Part shown: piece by piece, positions 34,216 through 43,787 of the stretch
How positions within the stretch are numbered: position 1 is the stretch's first letter
Layout of the letters: every line of letters begins with the position of its first letter
Source of the DNA: an uncultured Gemmatimonadales bacterium
Lineage (GTDB): Bacteria; Gemmatimonadota; Gemmatimonadetes; Gemmatimonadales; GWC2-71-9
NCBI GenBank assembly: GCA_963730185.1
Contig: CAVSQW010000017.1
Coordinates: 32,001-96,000, forward strand
DNA: 64,000 nt
Direction of reading: 5' to 3'
Notes under the pieces: model-generated
What the model was told of the DNA's origin: nothing
Databases searched by the model: none
The model's input: only the letters and a program-made list of their open reading frames with translations
Made by a program: the position numbers and the translations under genes

Positions 34216-34973
34216 CCTCCCCGACGGAACAGGACCACCGGCGCCGTCTTGAGCATGATCATCAGGTCGGCCCAGAACCCCTGGCGCCTGATGTACTCGA
34301 GATCATAGGCCAGCTTGTGACGAACGTCGTCGACGCTCTGGTCGTAGTGGTGGCTGATCTGCGCCAGGCCGGTGATCCCCGGCCGGACTCGCTGGCGCAG
34401 AGGGTAATCCTCCACCTCGTCCGCCAGGCGAGCGAAGATGCTGGGCCGCTCGGGCCGCGGTCCGACCAGGTTCATATCGCCCCGGAGCACGTTGAAGAGC
34501 TGGGGCAGCTCGTCCAGCCGGGCCTGACGGAACAAGCGTCCGATCCAGGTGACCCGGGGATCGTTCTTCGAGGCCCAGACGGGCTTCAGCGATCGCTCGG
34601 CATCGACCCGCATCGTGCGGAACTTGTAGATCACGAATGGGTGGCCGCCCAGGTCGCAGGTCCGATGGCGCCCCAGCCGAAGCTCGAGTTCATCGGGTAG
34701 GCGGCGGTTCAGGCCGATCCGCGTCTGGGTGTAGAACACCGGCCCGCGAGACGTCAGTTTGATGAGGATCGCCATCACCGCCATCAGCGGAAGCGCCAGG
34801 ATCAGCATCGCCGCCGCGACCCCCACGTTGAGCCACCGTCGGGCGCCCTCCGGTGGCATCGCCTCCGACAGGGCGACGGCCTGCGAAGGCCGGGCGGCCG
34901 TGACCTCTGGGGGGGTGAGTAGCGACGGCGATCCGTTCACCATGCTCTGCGTTCCCGGTTCCATCGGCCTCAA
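34209..34973 (-). CDS. Priming sugar transferase (Bac_transf phosphoglycosyltransferase)
   Basis: GPVFYTQTRIG, YKFRTM, DPRVT, LDELPQLFNVLRGDMNLVGPRPE, PGITGLAQ, DLEYI. Confidence 0.93.
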   Translation of the reverse strand: MRPMEPGTQSMVNGSPSLLTPPEVTAARPSQAVALSEAMPPEGARRWLNVGVAAAMLILALPLMAVMAILIKLTSRGPVFYTQTRIGLNRRLPDELELRLGRHRTCDLGGHPFVIYKFRTMRVDAERSLKPVWASKNDPRVTWIGRLFRQARLDELPQLFNVLRGDMNLVGPRPERPSIFARLADEVEDYPLRQRVRPGITGLAQISHHYDQSVDDVRHKLAYDLEYIRRQGFWADLMIMLKTAPVVLFRRGGW

Positions 34974-35770
34974 AAGATGCGGGTTGCCAGGTAGGTCAGG
35001 CTGAGCGCGAGCTGGACCGGCCAGAGCACGTTCCGCACGTTGAACCCGCCTCCAGCCTTCTTGCTCTTGCCCCCGACGACGAGCTCGTCTCCGCCGTGGA
35101 CATTCAATTGATCGAGGGACTCGCCGGATTCGATGGCCCGTTGAATGTCGTCGCCGACGATGATCGGCTTGCCCCCCCGCCGGACGATCGACTTCGACAT
35201 GTCGACGCCTTGCCCCGGTCCACCGGCGTCCATGATCGCATCGCTGATCAGATTGTCGGCTGGGACGGTGTAGTAACCAGGCTTGCCGACCATGCCCATG
35301 ATGGCCAACCGAATGTACGACCCCTGGACGGTAACCTGTGGATCCTTGACGTACTTGCCGATTTCGGTGGTCAGGTGCGTCGACAGCTCGGATCGGAGCA
35401 CGCCCTGAAGAGACACCGGAGGAAGCGCGGGAAGGCTGAGGCTTCGGTCAGGCAGCACGGTGAACTTGCCGCTGAGCGCCGCCTCGCCCACCACCATGAG
35501 GTCGACCTGATCGCCAACCTGGAAATCGCCTTCGGCGAGTCGCTGGCGGACCATCGCGGCTTCCGCCTCGCGGGCCTTCCGGTACGACTTGCTGTACCCC
35601 GGCGAGGCGGCCGCCTGGTCGAGCTCGGTCAAGGCCGCTTCGAGCTCCGACCGGGTCGCCTGCGCTCGTCGAACGTCAACTGGGGCGGCCTGAGCCAGCA
35701 GCGCCGGCGCAAAGGCCAGCCCGGCCAGCATCACCACCCCGAGATAGTGCCCGAATCCCTTCATATCCAT
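34970..35770 (-). CDS. Polysaccharide export protein (Poly_export + SLBB; Wza-like)
   Basis: Signal peptide, FQVGDQV, LSLPALPPVSLQG, YVKDPQVTV, GMVGKPGYY, DAGGP, C-terminal hydrophobic helix. Confidence 0.8.
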   Translation of the reverse strand: MDMKGFGHYLGVVMLAGLAFAPALLAQAAPVDVRRAQATRSELEAALTELDQAAASPGYSKSYRKAREAEAAMVRQRLAEGDFQVGDQVDLMVVGEAALSGKFTVLPDRSLSLPALPPVSLQGVLRSELSTHLTTEIGKYVKDPQVTVQGSYIRLAIMGMVGKPGYYTVPADNLISDAIMDAGGPGQGVDMSKSIVRRGGKPIIVGDDIQRAIESGESLDQLNVHGGDELVVGGKSKKAGGGFNVRNVLWPVQLALSLTYLATRIF

Positions 35771-35893
35771 CCTGCTCTGAATACTGGCTGGCCGATTGGA
35801 CCAACCTCCAATGCTACCACCAAGAACGGGTAGCCAACTAGACCTGTCCAGACGTCGACAGACTGATGGACTCTGATCGCGCCCCCGGTCTGG

Positions 35894-35909
35894 TGCAGAT
35901 TCCGAGCCC
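35894..35909 (-). promoter_or_regulatory. Possible sigma54 promoter of the wza-like/sugar transferase/exosortase/epsI operon
   Basis: Minus strand GGGCTCGGAATCTGCA (GG-N10-GC); shares GAATCTGC with the 30291-30306 site. Confidence 0.4.
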
Positions 35910-36173
35910 AGAGCCCGCCTTCCCCGCTTCCGCGGGCCAGGAGTAGCGGATTTCGCCGGACGGAGCGGGCGAATCGACCAAGAAACCCGCGCGGTGCCCG
36001 GGCGTAGCTTCGTGTCCGGCCAGAACTTTGCGTCCCTGATCTTGGGCCCCTTCGGCGAGAGCGCAGCGGGCTGCAGAATAGTAACATTTGGCGCCCGAAC
36101 TACTTACTGACCTCGGGTTTGGTGCGCTCTCGACGTCTTTCTCCGGCTCGGTCACCCAGAATGACTCCCACGG

Positions 36174-36232
36174 TGTCGTCTAAACGCAACAGTATGTTGA
36201 TTCCGAGCAACTGTTGTAGAGGCTGCCGCACA
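36174..36232. promoter_or_regulatory. Three phased TGTNG-N8-CAACA-like palindromes
   Basis: TGTCG-tctaaacg-CAACA (36174), TGTTG-attccgag-CAACT (36195), TGTAG-aggctgcc-GCACA (36215); spacing 21 and 20 bp in an AT-richer divergent intergenic region. Confidence 0.55.
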
Positions 36233-36257
36233 CGGTGCCGAGGGATCGAGGGGCCAC

Positions 36258-37175
36258 ATGAGTGATCCGATCCGATCTTCGCCGCGACCGATGACGGTGC
36301 TCGTTGCCAACGACCAAGAATGGACGGCCCGGTCATTGGAGACCATCCTCTCGGCCGACGGCTACTCGGTGGTCCGGGCCTTCACCGCGGCCCAGACTCG
36401 GGAAAAGGCCGCCGCGACCCGGCCGGATGCGTTCGTCCTCGACGTCCAGCTTCCCGACCTCGATGGGATGAGCCTCTGCCAGTCGCTCCGGCAGGACCCG
36501 CTGATTGGCCCGGCGGTGCCGATGCTGCTCACCACCGCCGGCCCCTCGGGCCGCCAGGAACGGATCGCCGCCTACCGGGCGGGTGCCTGGGAGTTCTTCG
36601 GACAGCCGTTCGACGGCGAGACCTTGCTGCTCCGACTTCAGGTGTATCTCGGCGCCAAGGCGGTCGTCGACGACCTCCGGGCGGAGAGCCTGCTCGACGA
36701 TGCCACGGGACTCTACAGCCGTCGGGGTCTCCTCCGACGGGGCCGAGAGTTGGTGGCCGATGCGGCCCGTCGTCACGGACGGCTGGCGTGCGTGGTGTTG
36801 CGCCCCGAGGTACCAGAGCTCGATGCGTCCCTGACAGCGGCCGAGGGACTGGCCCGGGGGATTGGCCAGTTCCTGCGGTCCTCGGGCCGGACCGCCGATG
36901 TGGTAGGCCGGGTTGGCCCACTGGAGTTCTGCGTCATGACCGCGGGTGCCGGTGACGACGACGTGCGGGGCTTGATTCGTCGCCTGAATGACGGGGCCGC
37001 TGAATCGCCGCTGCGAGACCTCCTTGGTTCCTCGCGGTTTGCCTTTCGGGCCGCGTTCTGCTCGCTGGCGGAGGACGACGCGGGTCAGGCGGACCTCGAG
37101 ATGGTGCTGGATCGAGCTACGGCGACCGTGCTCGGGATGGCCGGCGAATCACTGATCGCGACCGTGCCAGGCTGA
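36258..37175 (+). CDS. Response regulator: atypical REC + degenerate GGDEF domain
   Basis: VLVAND, FVLDVQLPDLDG, AGAWEFFGQPF; LDDATGLYSRRG, DVVGRVGPLEF (GGDEF replaced). Confidence 0.8.
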   Translation: MSDPIRSSPRPMTVLVANDQEWTARSLETILSADGYSVVRAFTAAQTREKAAATRPDAFVLDVQLPDLDGMSLCQSLRQDPLIGPAVPMLLTTAGPSGRQERIAAYRAGAWEFFGQPFDGETLLLRLQVYLGAKAVVDDLRAESLLDDATGLYSRRGLLRRGRELVADAARRHGRLACVVLRPEVPELDASLTAAEGLARGIGQFLRSSGRTADVVGRVGPLEFCVMTAGAGDDDVRGLIRRLNDGAAESPLRDLLGSSRFAFRAAFCSLAEDDAGQADLEMVLDRATATVLGMAGESLIATVPG

Positions 37176-37205
37176 CCGAGTCGACGGCGAGGGGACCAAG
37201 ACCAA

Positions 37206-37229
37206 ACGGGCCGGCGGATGCCGGCCCGT
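37206..37229 (-). terminator. Hairpin/intrinsic terminator between convergent REC-GGDEF and wzc
   Basis: Perfect 10-bp stem ACGGGCCGGC-ggat-GCCGGCCCGT; short T run follows on the minus strand. Confidence 0.6.
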
Positions 37230-37255
37230 CGTGCGTTTCTAGGGCGGGGTAGCCG

Positions 37256-39682
37256 CTAGAGCGCAGAAGGCAGTGGGGGCTGAGGCCGTTCCACGGCCGA
37301 CTCTTCGATGGTGGATTCGGGCTCGGAGGTGTACTCGTACGCGTAGTACTTGTACAGGCCGCGGCCGACCTCGATGTGGTTCAGGACGGCGCCGATCACG
37401 CGGGTCGGCAGCCGGGTCAACAAGCTGAGCTTTGCCTCGGCCAGCTGGCGATCGGTCTCACCGGATCGGAGGACCACGCACACGGCGCCGGTGACGGTCC
37501 CGAGGATGAACGGATCGACCCCCGCCCCGAGTGGCGGGCTGTCGACGATGATCGCCTGGTAGCGGTTCCGGAGCGACATGATGAGGTCGGTCATCCGGCT
37601 CGAGCCCAGGAGCTCGGGGCCCCGGGTCATCCGGCTGCCCGAGGGCAGCACGGTGAGTCGCTCGTGCGCGGTCGGCCGGAGGACGGCGCTGGGGTCGATG
37701 CCGGTGTCGAGGTAGTCGAGCAGGCCGGGGCGGCGGTCGACCTGGAAGGTGCGATACTGCTCACCGCGCCGGGTATCGCCGTCGATGAGCAGGGTCTCGT
37801 AGCCGGCCTCGGCGAACGACATCGCGAGATTCGCCGACACCAATGACTTGCCATCGCCTGGGCTCGGACTGGTGAAGGTGATGACGATGGGATCGTCCGG
37901 TGGGAACGAGTGGGTCAGGTTGAGTCGAATCGAGCGGAACGCCTCGACGATCTGCGCCGTCTCGGTCGGCGGCATGACACCTTGCGGATCGCGCCGGATC
38001 ACGGGCACCGCCCCGAGGATGGTCAGACCGAGGTCGTGGGTCGCCTGTTCCGGGTAGCGGAACCGCTTGTCGAGGCGGTCCAGCAGAATGGCGAGGGCGA
38101 GGGCGAACCCGATGCTGCCGACCACTCCGGTGAGGATGATCTTCGGCGCCGTATTGGACGACGGCCGGCTCGGGGTCTGGGCCCGATCGAGGACGGTGAC
38201 GTCCGGGGTGGCGCTGAGCTCGGCCAGCCGGGAGTCGGTGAGCCGGTTCTGAAGGTTCTGGGTGAGGTTGATCTGCGAGTTGGCTTCCCGTTGGAGCGTC
38301 TCTTCCGTCAGCGTCCGCACCGGGATCTGCTTGAGCTCCTGCGACTCGTTGTCGATCTCCTGTTGGAGCGCGGCTTCCTGGTTTTTCAGCTGCTCGACCA
38401 ATCGCTGCGCGTACTCCGGCACGGTCTTGTTGCGGAGCTCGTCCAGGTTTGCCACCAGGTCCTTGACGCCCTTGTACTCGTCGGTGTAGCGGAGCCGGAG
38501 GGCGCGAAGCTCACCATCGGCCTTGGCCACCTCGTCGAGCACCCCGACCAGCCCTGGCGCATTCTTGACCGCTGGGATGGTGTGGAAGGCGTCCACCGGG
38601 ACCACGCCTTCCTCCCGCCCTCGCTTCAGCACCGACTCGATCGCCTGGCGGTCCTTCTGGATGGCCGCCAGGTTGAGGCGCTGCTGGAAATAGTTCGTCA
38701 TCACCGACGGCTGGGTCTGCACCAGCCCGGAGGGAATGGGGTACGCGTTCTCCCGAGGCTGCGTGATGGTGCGAACGCGGTAGTCCTGCAAGGAGGTCTG
38801 CGACTGGCGCATCGCCGAGTCGGCGCTCCTGAGCTGGGCCTCGAGGTCGGCCGTGATCTTGACCAGCTTTTCCTTCTTGAGCCGGGCGGCCACCGCGACG
38901 AACTGATCGAGGATGGCGTTGAGCACGTTCGCGGTCTTCGCTGCCTCGGTGCCGGTTAGTGACACGATCATGAACGTGCCCGTTTCGCCGGGCATGGCTG
39001 CCCTCATGGCGTCCTGGATCTGGATCGCGGCGTCGCGGGGCGACTGCACCGTGAAGCTGACCGTCCGCGCCTTTCCTAGGGCGCTGGCCGGCGGAGCCCA
39101 GAGGAAGCCCTGTCTGAGCCCGATGGAATCGCCGACGGTCCCGCTGTCGACCGCGATGCCCTGGGCCGAGAGCAGCGCATATCGCCGTCCGGTCGCGTCG
39201 ATCCGGAGGCGGAAGCGACCGGCGTAGATCCGGTCGGCGATGTCGAACCCGGCGAAGGCGGCGGAATCGGCCGGAGCAACGGTCAGATAGGAGCGGGTCT
39301 GCCGGACCACCGGGTCGAGGACCGCGAAGCTGCGAATCAGTTGGATCCAGGAGTCGTCCTGCAGCAGCCCGGCGGGGCGGATGGGCCCGTTCTTGCCGCC
39401 ACCGGTTTCGACGTAGATCGTGCCGCTGACGCGGTAGGCGGGGTCAATGAAGCGGGTCGCGGCGACGCTGCCGGCCGCGCCGAGGATCGCGATGGCGATG
39501 ACCATCCACTTGTACCGGAACACGGCGCTGATCAGCCGGCTGATCTGGAGGCCCCCGCCCCCGCCCCCGTCCTCGCCTTCGGGCCCTTGCAGACCGCCGT
39601 AAGACATTGCGGGTTCGAGGGCCCCGGGCGGTACCGTGGCCAGTTGGTTACCGGCTTCTCCAGGCGGCAGTCGTTCGATCAT
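37256..39682 (-). CDS. wzc: Polysaccharide co-polymerase/tyrosine autokinase (Wzc/GumC family)
   Basis: Two TM, long coiled coil, EAFRSIR, TSPSPGDGKS, LIDGDTRR, IVDSPP, C-terminal Tyr cluster LYKYYAYEY. Confidence 0.92.
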   Translation of the reverse strand: MIERLPPGEAGNQLATVPPGALEPAMSYGGLQGPEGEDGGGGGGLQISRLISAVFRYKWMVIAIAILGAAGSVAATRFIDPAYRVSGTIYVETGGGKNGPIRPAGLLQDDSWIQLIRSFAVLDPVVRQTRSYLTVAPADSAAFAGFDIADRIYAGRFRLRIDATGRRYALLSAQGIAVDSGTVGDSIGLRQGFLWAPPASALGKARTVSFTVQSPRDAAIQIQDAMRAAMPGETGTFMIVSLTGTEAAKTANVLNAILDQFVAVAARLKKEKLVKITADLEAQLRSADSAMRQSQTSLQDYRVRTITQPRENAYPIPSGLVQTQPSVMTNYFQQRLNLAAIQKDRQAIESVLKRGREEGVVPVDAFHTIPAVKNAPGLVGVLDEVAKADGELRALRLRYTDEYKGVKDLVANLDELRNKTVPEYAQRLVEQLKNQEAALQQEIDNESQELKQIPVRTLTEETLQREANSQINLTQNLQNRLTDSRLAELSATPDVTVLDRAQTPSRPSSNTAPKIILTGVVGSIGFALALAILLDRLDKRFRYPEQATHDLGLTILGAVPVIRRDPQGVMPPTETAQIVEAFRSIRLNLTHSFPPDDPIVITFTSPSPGDGKSLVSANLAMSFAEAGYETLLIDGDTRRGEQYRTFQVDRRPGLLDYLDTGIDPSAVLRPTAHERLTVLPSGSRMTRGPELLGSSRMTDLIMSLRNRYQAIIVDSPPLGAGVDPFILGTVTGAVCVVLRSGETDRQLAEAKLSLLTRLPTRVIGAVLNHIEVGRGLYKYYAYEYTSEPESTIEESAVERPQPPLPSAL

Positions 39683-39746
39683 CGATTCCTCAACCAGGGC
39701 CTCACCACGATCGCGCCCGTCAACGAGCGCACGGTTCCGGGCCAGA

Positions 39747-39762
39747 TGCAAGGCCGATACCC
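39747..39762 (-). promoter_or_regulatory. Putative sigma54 promoter of wzc
   Basis: Minus strand GGGTATCGGCCTTGCA (GG-N10-GC, TTGCA), 65 nt upstream of the ATG. Confidence 0.5.
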
Positions 39763-39864
39763 AGCCGATAGCGACGGCGCCACCCGATCGAGGGTAGCCC
39801 GGCCGGGACCAGCCCGGCTATCTCAAGGTGCGGCTAGTTCGAGAAATATGGTAGTAGGCATCAA

Positions 39865-39904
39865 TGTTGCGTAGTGCCAACAGTAGTGTAGTATAGAAGC
39901 ATCA
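39865..39904. promoter_or_regulatory. Tandem TGTNG-N8-CAACA palindromes between wzc and the sigma54 activator
   Basis: Perfect TGTTG-cgtagtgc-CAACA (39865-39882) and TGTAG-tatagaag-CATCA (39887-39904). Confidence 0.6.
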
Positions 39905-40040
39905 CGGCCGGGCGTGCCGAACGGAGGGCGAAAGTGTTGCTGGATTCAAGCCGCGATGTCGTGGACAGCGTGCGGCACACTTTTAGCCAACCGTCGAGGC
40001 GGAACAGCGCTCAGTGGAATCGCATCGACAGGCACGGACG

Positions 40041-41579
40041 ATGGCAACACCCGGTGGGGCGGGCATGACCAAAGCCGAGGGGGCGGGGGGGCGCGACTCG
40101 GGTCCGATCCGGGATCCGCTCTCCATTCCGGGCGACGTCAAAGCCAGCATCAAGATCCTGGTGGTCGACGACGAACGGACCTTGCGGGAGAGCTGCGCCA
40201 GCGTGCTGCAGATGGACGGGTACTCCGTGACCCTGGCGGGTCGCGGGGAGGAGGCCCTCGACTACGTCCGGAACCGCCGGTTCGACATCGTGCTGGTGGA
40301 CCTGTATATGTCGCAGGTCTCCGGCCTGGAGATCCTGCGGGCGGCGCTCGAGATCAACCGCGACACGATCGTGGTGGTCATGACGGGGAACCCCAGCGTG
40401 ACCACGAGCATCGAGGCGCTCCGGGCGGGGGCGTGGGACTATCTGCCCAAGCCGTTCTCGGCCACCCACCTCCAAGTGCTGGTCGGACGGGCCTCCCATG
40501 CCGTGATGGTGGCCCGGGAAGCCAGCGACCTCCGGCAGCAGCTCCTCCATCAGCACAGTCATAGCGATGAGATCGCGCTGATCGGGATTTCGCCCCTCTT
40601 CCGGAAAGCGGTGGAGCTGGCCCGGAAGGTGGCGCCGACCGACGCCTCGGTGTTCATCAGCGGAGAGAGCGGCACGGGCAAGGAAGTCATCGCCCAGTTC
40701 ATTCACCAGAACAGCCGCCGGAGCCGGAAGCTGCTGGTGCCGATCAACTGCGCCGCGCTGCCGGAGCCGCTCCTCGAGTCGGAGATGTTCGGCCACCGGA
40801 AGGGTGCCTTCACCGGGGCGGATCGCGACAAGCCCGGTCTGCTCGAGACGGCCAACGGGGGCACGCTCTTCCTGGACGAGCTCACCGAGATGCCGCTCCC
40901 GCTCCAGGCCAAGCTGCTCCGGGTCATCCAGGACGGCGTGGTCCGGCGGGTCGGCTCCGAGACGCAGGACGCCCAGGTGGACGTGCGGTTCATCTCGGCG
41001 ACCAATCGCGATCCGCAGCAGGCGGTCGCGGACGGCATGCTCCGGGGCGATCTCTACTACCGGCTCCGGGTGGTGCCGATTGCCCTGCCGCCGCTTCGCA
41101 AGCGGCCGGACGACATCTCCCTGCTCGCGAACCACTTCCTGACCGTCTACTGGAGCCGTCACCGGGGCATGGCGGACCGGAGCCCGCGGCTCAGCGACGA
41201 ATGTCTGGCCTATCTCCGGTCGCGCCCCTGGCGCGGCAACGTCCGCGAGCTCCAGAACGTGATCGAGCACGTCGCGGTGCTGGCGGAGCCCGATCAGATG
41301 CTCAAGCCGGAGGACATCCCGGTGTATGACGATGGCGACGAGGCGGTCCGCGAGCCCGAGTCCGGCATGGTGCTGCCGATGACGGACGAGGCCTACCATC
41401 CCGCCAAGGAGCGGGTGATCGCCCAATTCGAGCGGGATTACCTGACCCGGCTGGTCTCACGGGCCGGTGGCAACATGTCGAAGGCGGCGCGGCTGGCGAG
41501 CGTGGACCGGACGACCCTCTATCGCCTGATGGACAAGCACCAGGTGCTTCGGAGCGGGCGCGGGGAGTCGGACGGGTGA
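40041..41579 (+). CDS. Sigma54-dependent response regulator (REC-AAA+-Fis HTH; NtrC/PrsR-like); exact start uncertain
   Basis: ILVVDDE, LVD, YLPKPF, GESGTGKE, ESEMFGHRKGAFTGA, LFLDE, QAKLLR, DLYYRL, WRGNVREL, GNMSKAARLASVDRTTLYR. Confidence 0.95.
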   Translation: MATPGGAGMTKAEGAGGRDSGPIRDPLSIPGDVKASIKILVVDDERTLRESCASVLQMDGYSVTLAGRGEEALDYVRNRRFDIVLVDLYMSQVSGLEILRAALEINRDTIVVVMTGNPSVTTSIEALRAGAWDYLPKPFSATHLQVLVGRASHAVMVAREASDLRQQLLHQHSHSDEIALIGISPLFRKAVELARKVAPTDASVFISGESGTGKEVIAQFIHQNSRRSRKLLVPINCAALPEPLLESEMFGHRKGAFTGADRDKPGLLETANGGTLFLDELTEMPLPLQAKLLRVIQDGVVRRVGSETQDAQVDVRFISATNRDPQQAVADGMLRGDLYYRLRVVPIALPPLRKRPDDISLLANHFLTVYWSRHRGMADRSPRLSDECLAYLRSRPWRGNVRELQNVIEHVAVLAEPDQMLKPEDIPVYDDGDEAVREPESGMVLPMTDEAYHPAKERVIAQFERDYLTRLVSRAGGNMSKAARLASVDRTTLYRLMDKHQVLRSGRGESDG

Positions 41580-42652
41580 TGAGCGCCGGGTTGGACCAGG
41601 GTCTGGCGACCCTGCTCGAGGAGGCGACCCGCCGGGTCGCGAGCGGCTGGACCTCGGTGCGGGAGGACGCGGCCTCGGCCGAAGAGGTCGGCGCCCTGGC
41701 CGCCGACCTGGCCCGGGCCGTGGTGGCTCGGGTCGGGGCCGACGAACCGGGCCCGGTGCCGGCCCGATCGCAGCTCGCCCGGCGAGTTCTGGGTGAGCTC
41801 CGCCGCCTCTTCATCCTGCTGGTGCAGGAGCGGGCCGTGGCCGTGGAGGCCCCCACCTTGGTCCGGATGCTGGTGGGCTTCGAAGAGGTGGCCGCGGACC
41901 TCGAGCCGGCCTGGGACCAGCGCTTTACCGACCGACTCTCCGGACCGGACGGACTGGAGCTGGTGGTCGAGGTGGCCCACGACCTTCGGTCGCCGCTCAC
42001 CTCGATTCTCTTTCTGGCGGAAACCCTGCAGCGCGGCCGGAGCGGCGAGGTGACCCCGCTGCAGGAGCGACAGCTCGGCCTGATCTACAGCGCCGCCTTC
42101 GGGCTCAGCTCGGTGGCGAGTGACGTGATCGAGCTGGCCCGCGGCGGCGACCGGCTGGTCGACCTCGAGCCGTTGCCGTTCTCGGTGGCCGACATCTTCG
42201 AGTCGGTCCGCGACATCGTGCTGCCGATTGCCGAGGAGAAGGGGCTCGAGGTCCGGATCACGGTGCCCGAGCGGACCTCGCGGATCGGGCACCCGGTGGG
42301 CCTCAGCCGGGTGCTGCTCAACCTCACGACCAACGCGCTCAAGTTCACCGATCAGGGCTACGTGGAAATGCACGCGGCCGAGGCGGACGACGGCGTCCTG
42401 CAGTTCACCGTGCGCGACACCGGGCGGGGGATTCCGCCCTCGTCGATGGCGATGCTCTTCGAGCCGTTCCGGCGCCGCCAGAAGGACCGCGACTACGCTT
42501 TCTCCGGGTCCGGGCTCGGGCTCTCCATTTGCCGGAAGCTGGTGGAGGCGATGGGGGGTGAGCTGCAGGTGGAGACCGGCCAGACCGGGACCCGCTTCTT
42601 CTTCGGCCTCGCGCTCCCCGAGGTGGATTCGGGCGCAATGCTTGGCGGATGA
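41579..42652 (+). CDS. Cytoplasmic sensor histidine kinase (HisKA + HATPase, no TM)
   Basis: AHDLRSPL, NLTTNALKFT, VRDTGRGI, FEPF, GSGLGLSIC. Confidence 0.92.
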   Translation: MSAGLDQGLATLLEEATRRVASGWTSVREDAASAEEVGALAADLARAVVARVGADEPGPVPARSQLARRVLGELRRLFILLVQERAVAVEAPTLVRMLVGFEEVAADLEPAWDQRFTDRLSGPDGLELVVEVAHDLRSPLTSILFLAETLQRGRSGEVTPLQERQLGLIYSAAFGLSSVASDVIELARGGDRLVDLEPLPFSVADIFESVRDIVLPIAEEKGLEVRITVPERTSRIGHPVGLSRVLLNLTTNALKFTDQGYVEMHAAEADDGVLQFTVRDTGRGIPPSSMAMLFEPFRRRQKDRDYAFSGSGLGLSICRKLVEAMGGELQVETGQTGTRFFFGLALPEVDSGAMLGG

Positions 42653-42656
42653 CCCC

Positions 42657-43787
42657 ATGACCACGTTGCTGCACGTCGTCGGTGCCCGGCCCAATTTCAT
42701 GAAGGCGGCGCCGGTGCTGGATGCGCTCGGGGCCCGATCCGGGGTGCGTCAGCTGCTGGTCCACACCGGCCAGCATTACGACCACGCCATGAGCGACGCC
42801 TTCTTCGAGGATCTCGGCCTCCCCACGCCGGACGTCAATCTCGGGGTGGGATCGGGCACCCACGCGGAGCAGACCGCCCGGATCATGCTGGGCTTCGAGC
42901 CGGTGCTCGACGAGCATCGCCCCGAGTGGGTGATCGTCTACGGCGACGTGAACTCGACCGTGGCCTGTGCCTTGGTCGCGGCCAAGAAAGGCGTCCGGAT
43001 CGCGCACGTGGAGGCGGGCCTCCGGAGCCGCGACTGGACCATGCCCGAAGAGGTGAACCGGGTGGTAACCGACCGGCTGGCCGATCTGCTGCTCACCCCG
43101 AGCCGGGACGCCGACGAAAACCTGCTGGCGGAGGGCGTGCCGGCCCAGCGGATCCGGTTCACGGGCAACGTGATGGTCGACACCCTCTTCCGCCTCCTGG
43201 CCAAGGCCCGGCGGCTGGAAATGGCGGCCAGCCTCGGCCTCACCCCGGGGGGCTATGCCGTGGTGACCCTGCACCGGCCGTCCAATGTCGACGAGCGGGC
43301 GCCGCTGGCGGAGTTGATCGGGGGGCTGGACGATCTGAGCCGCCGGATGCCGGTCTGCTTCGCCGTGCATCCTCGGACCCGGCGACGGATGGCGGAGTTC
43401 GGGGTGGCGCCGGCGTCGGATGCGGTCCGGCTGGTCGACCCGCTCGGCTACCTGGAGATGGTGAGTCTGGTGGACCAGTCCGCCCTGGTTCTCACCGATT
43501 CGGGTGGTCTGCAAGAAGAGACGACCGCATTGGGCATCCCCTGCCTGACCGCTCGGCCGAACACGGAGCGCCCGGTCACCATTACCGAGGGAACCAACCG
43601 ACTGGTGTCGTCGTCGCGCGCCGCGATCGGCGCGGCGGTCGAGGTGGCCTTGGCCCCGTCATCCGGTCGCCGGGCCGGACGGCCCCGACCCGAGGGTTGG
43701 GATGGGCAGGCCGGCGTTCGGGTGGCGGCCGCCCTCCTCGACGAGGACGTTCCCGCGGTCGGTCTCCCGCTCCCGGCGCCCGCCTAA
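42657..43787 (+). CDS. wecB: UDP-N-acetylglucosamine 2-epimerase (non-hydrolysing)
   Basis: VVGARPNFMK, HTGQHYD, GDVNST, HVEAGLRS, MPEEVNR, TLHRPSNVD, TDSGGLQEE, TERP. Confidence 0.95.
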   Translation: MTTLLHVVGARPNFMKAAPVLDALGARSGVRQLLVHTGQHYDHAMSDAFFEDLGLPTPDVNLGVGSGTHAEQTARIMLGFEPVLDEHRPEWVIVYGDVNSTVACALVAAKKGVRIAHVEAGLRSRDWTMPEEVNRVVTDRLADLLLTPSRDADENLLAEGVPAQRIRFTGNVMVDTLFRLLAKARRLEMAASLGLTPGGYAVVTLHRPSNVDERAPLAELIGGLDDLSRRMPVCFAVHPRTRRRMAEFGVAPASDAVRLVDPLGYLEMVSLVDQSALVLTDSGGLQEETTALGIPCLTARPNTERPVTITEGTNRLVSSSRAAIGAAVEVALAPSSGRRAGRPRPEGWDGQAGVRVAAALLDEDVPAVGLPLPAPA

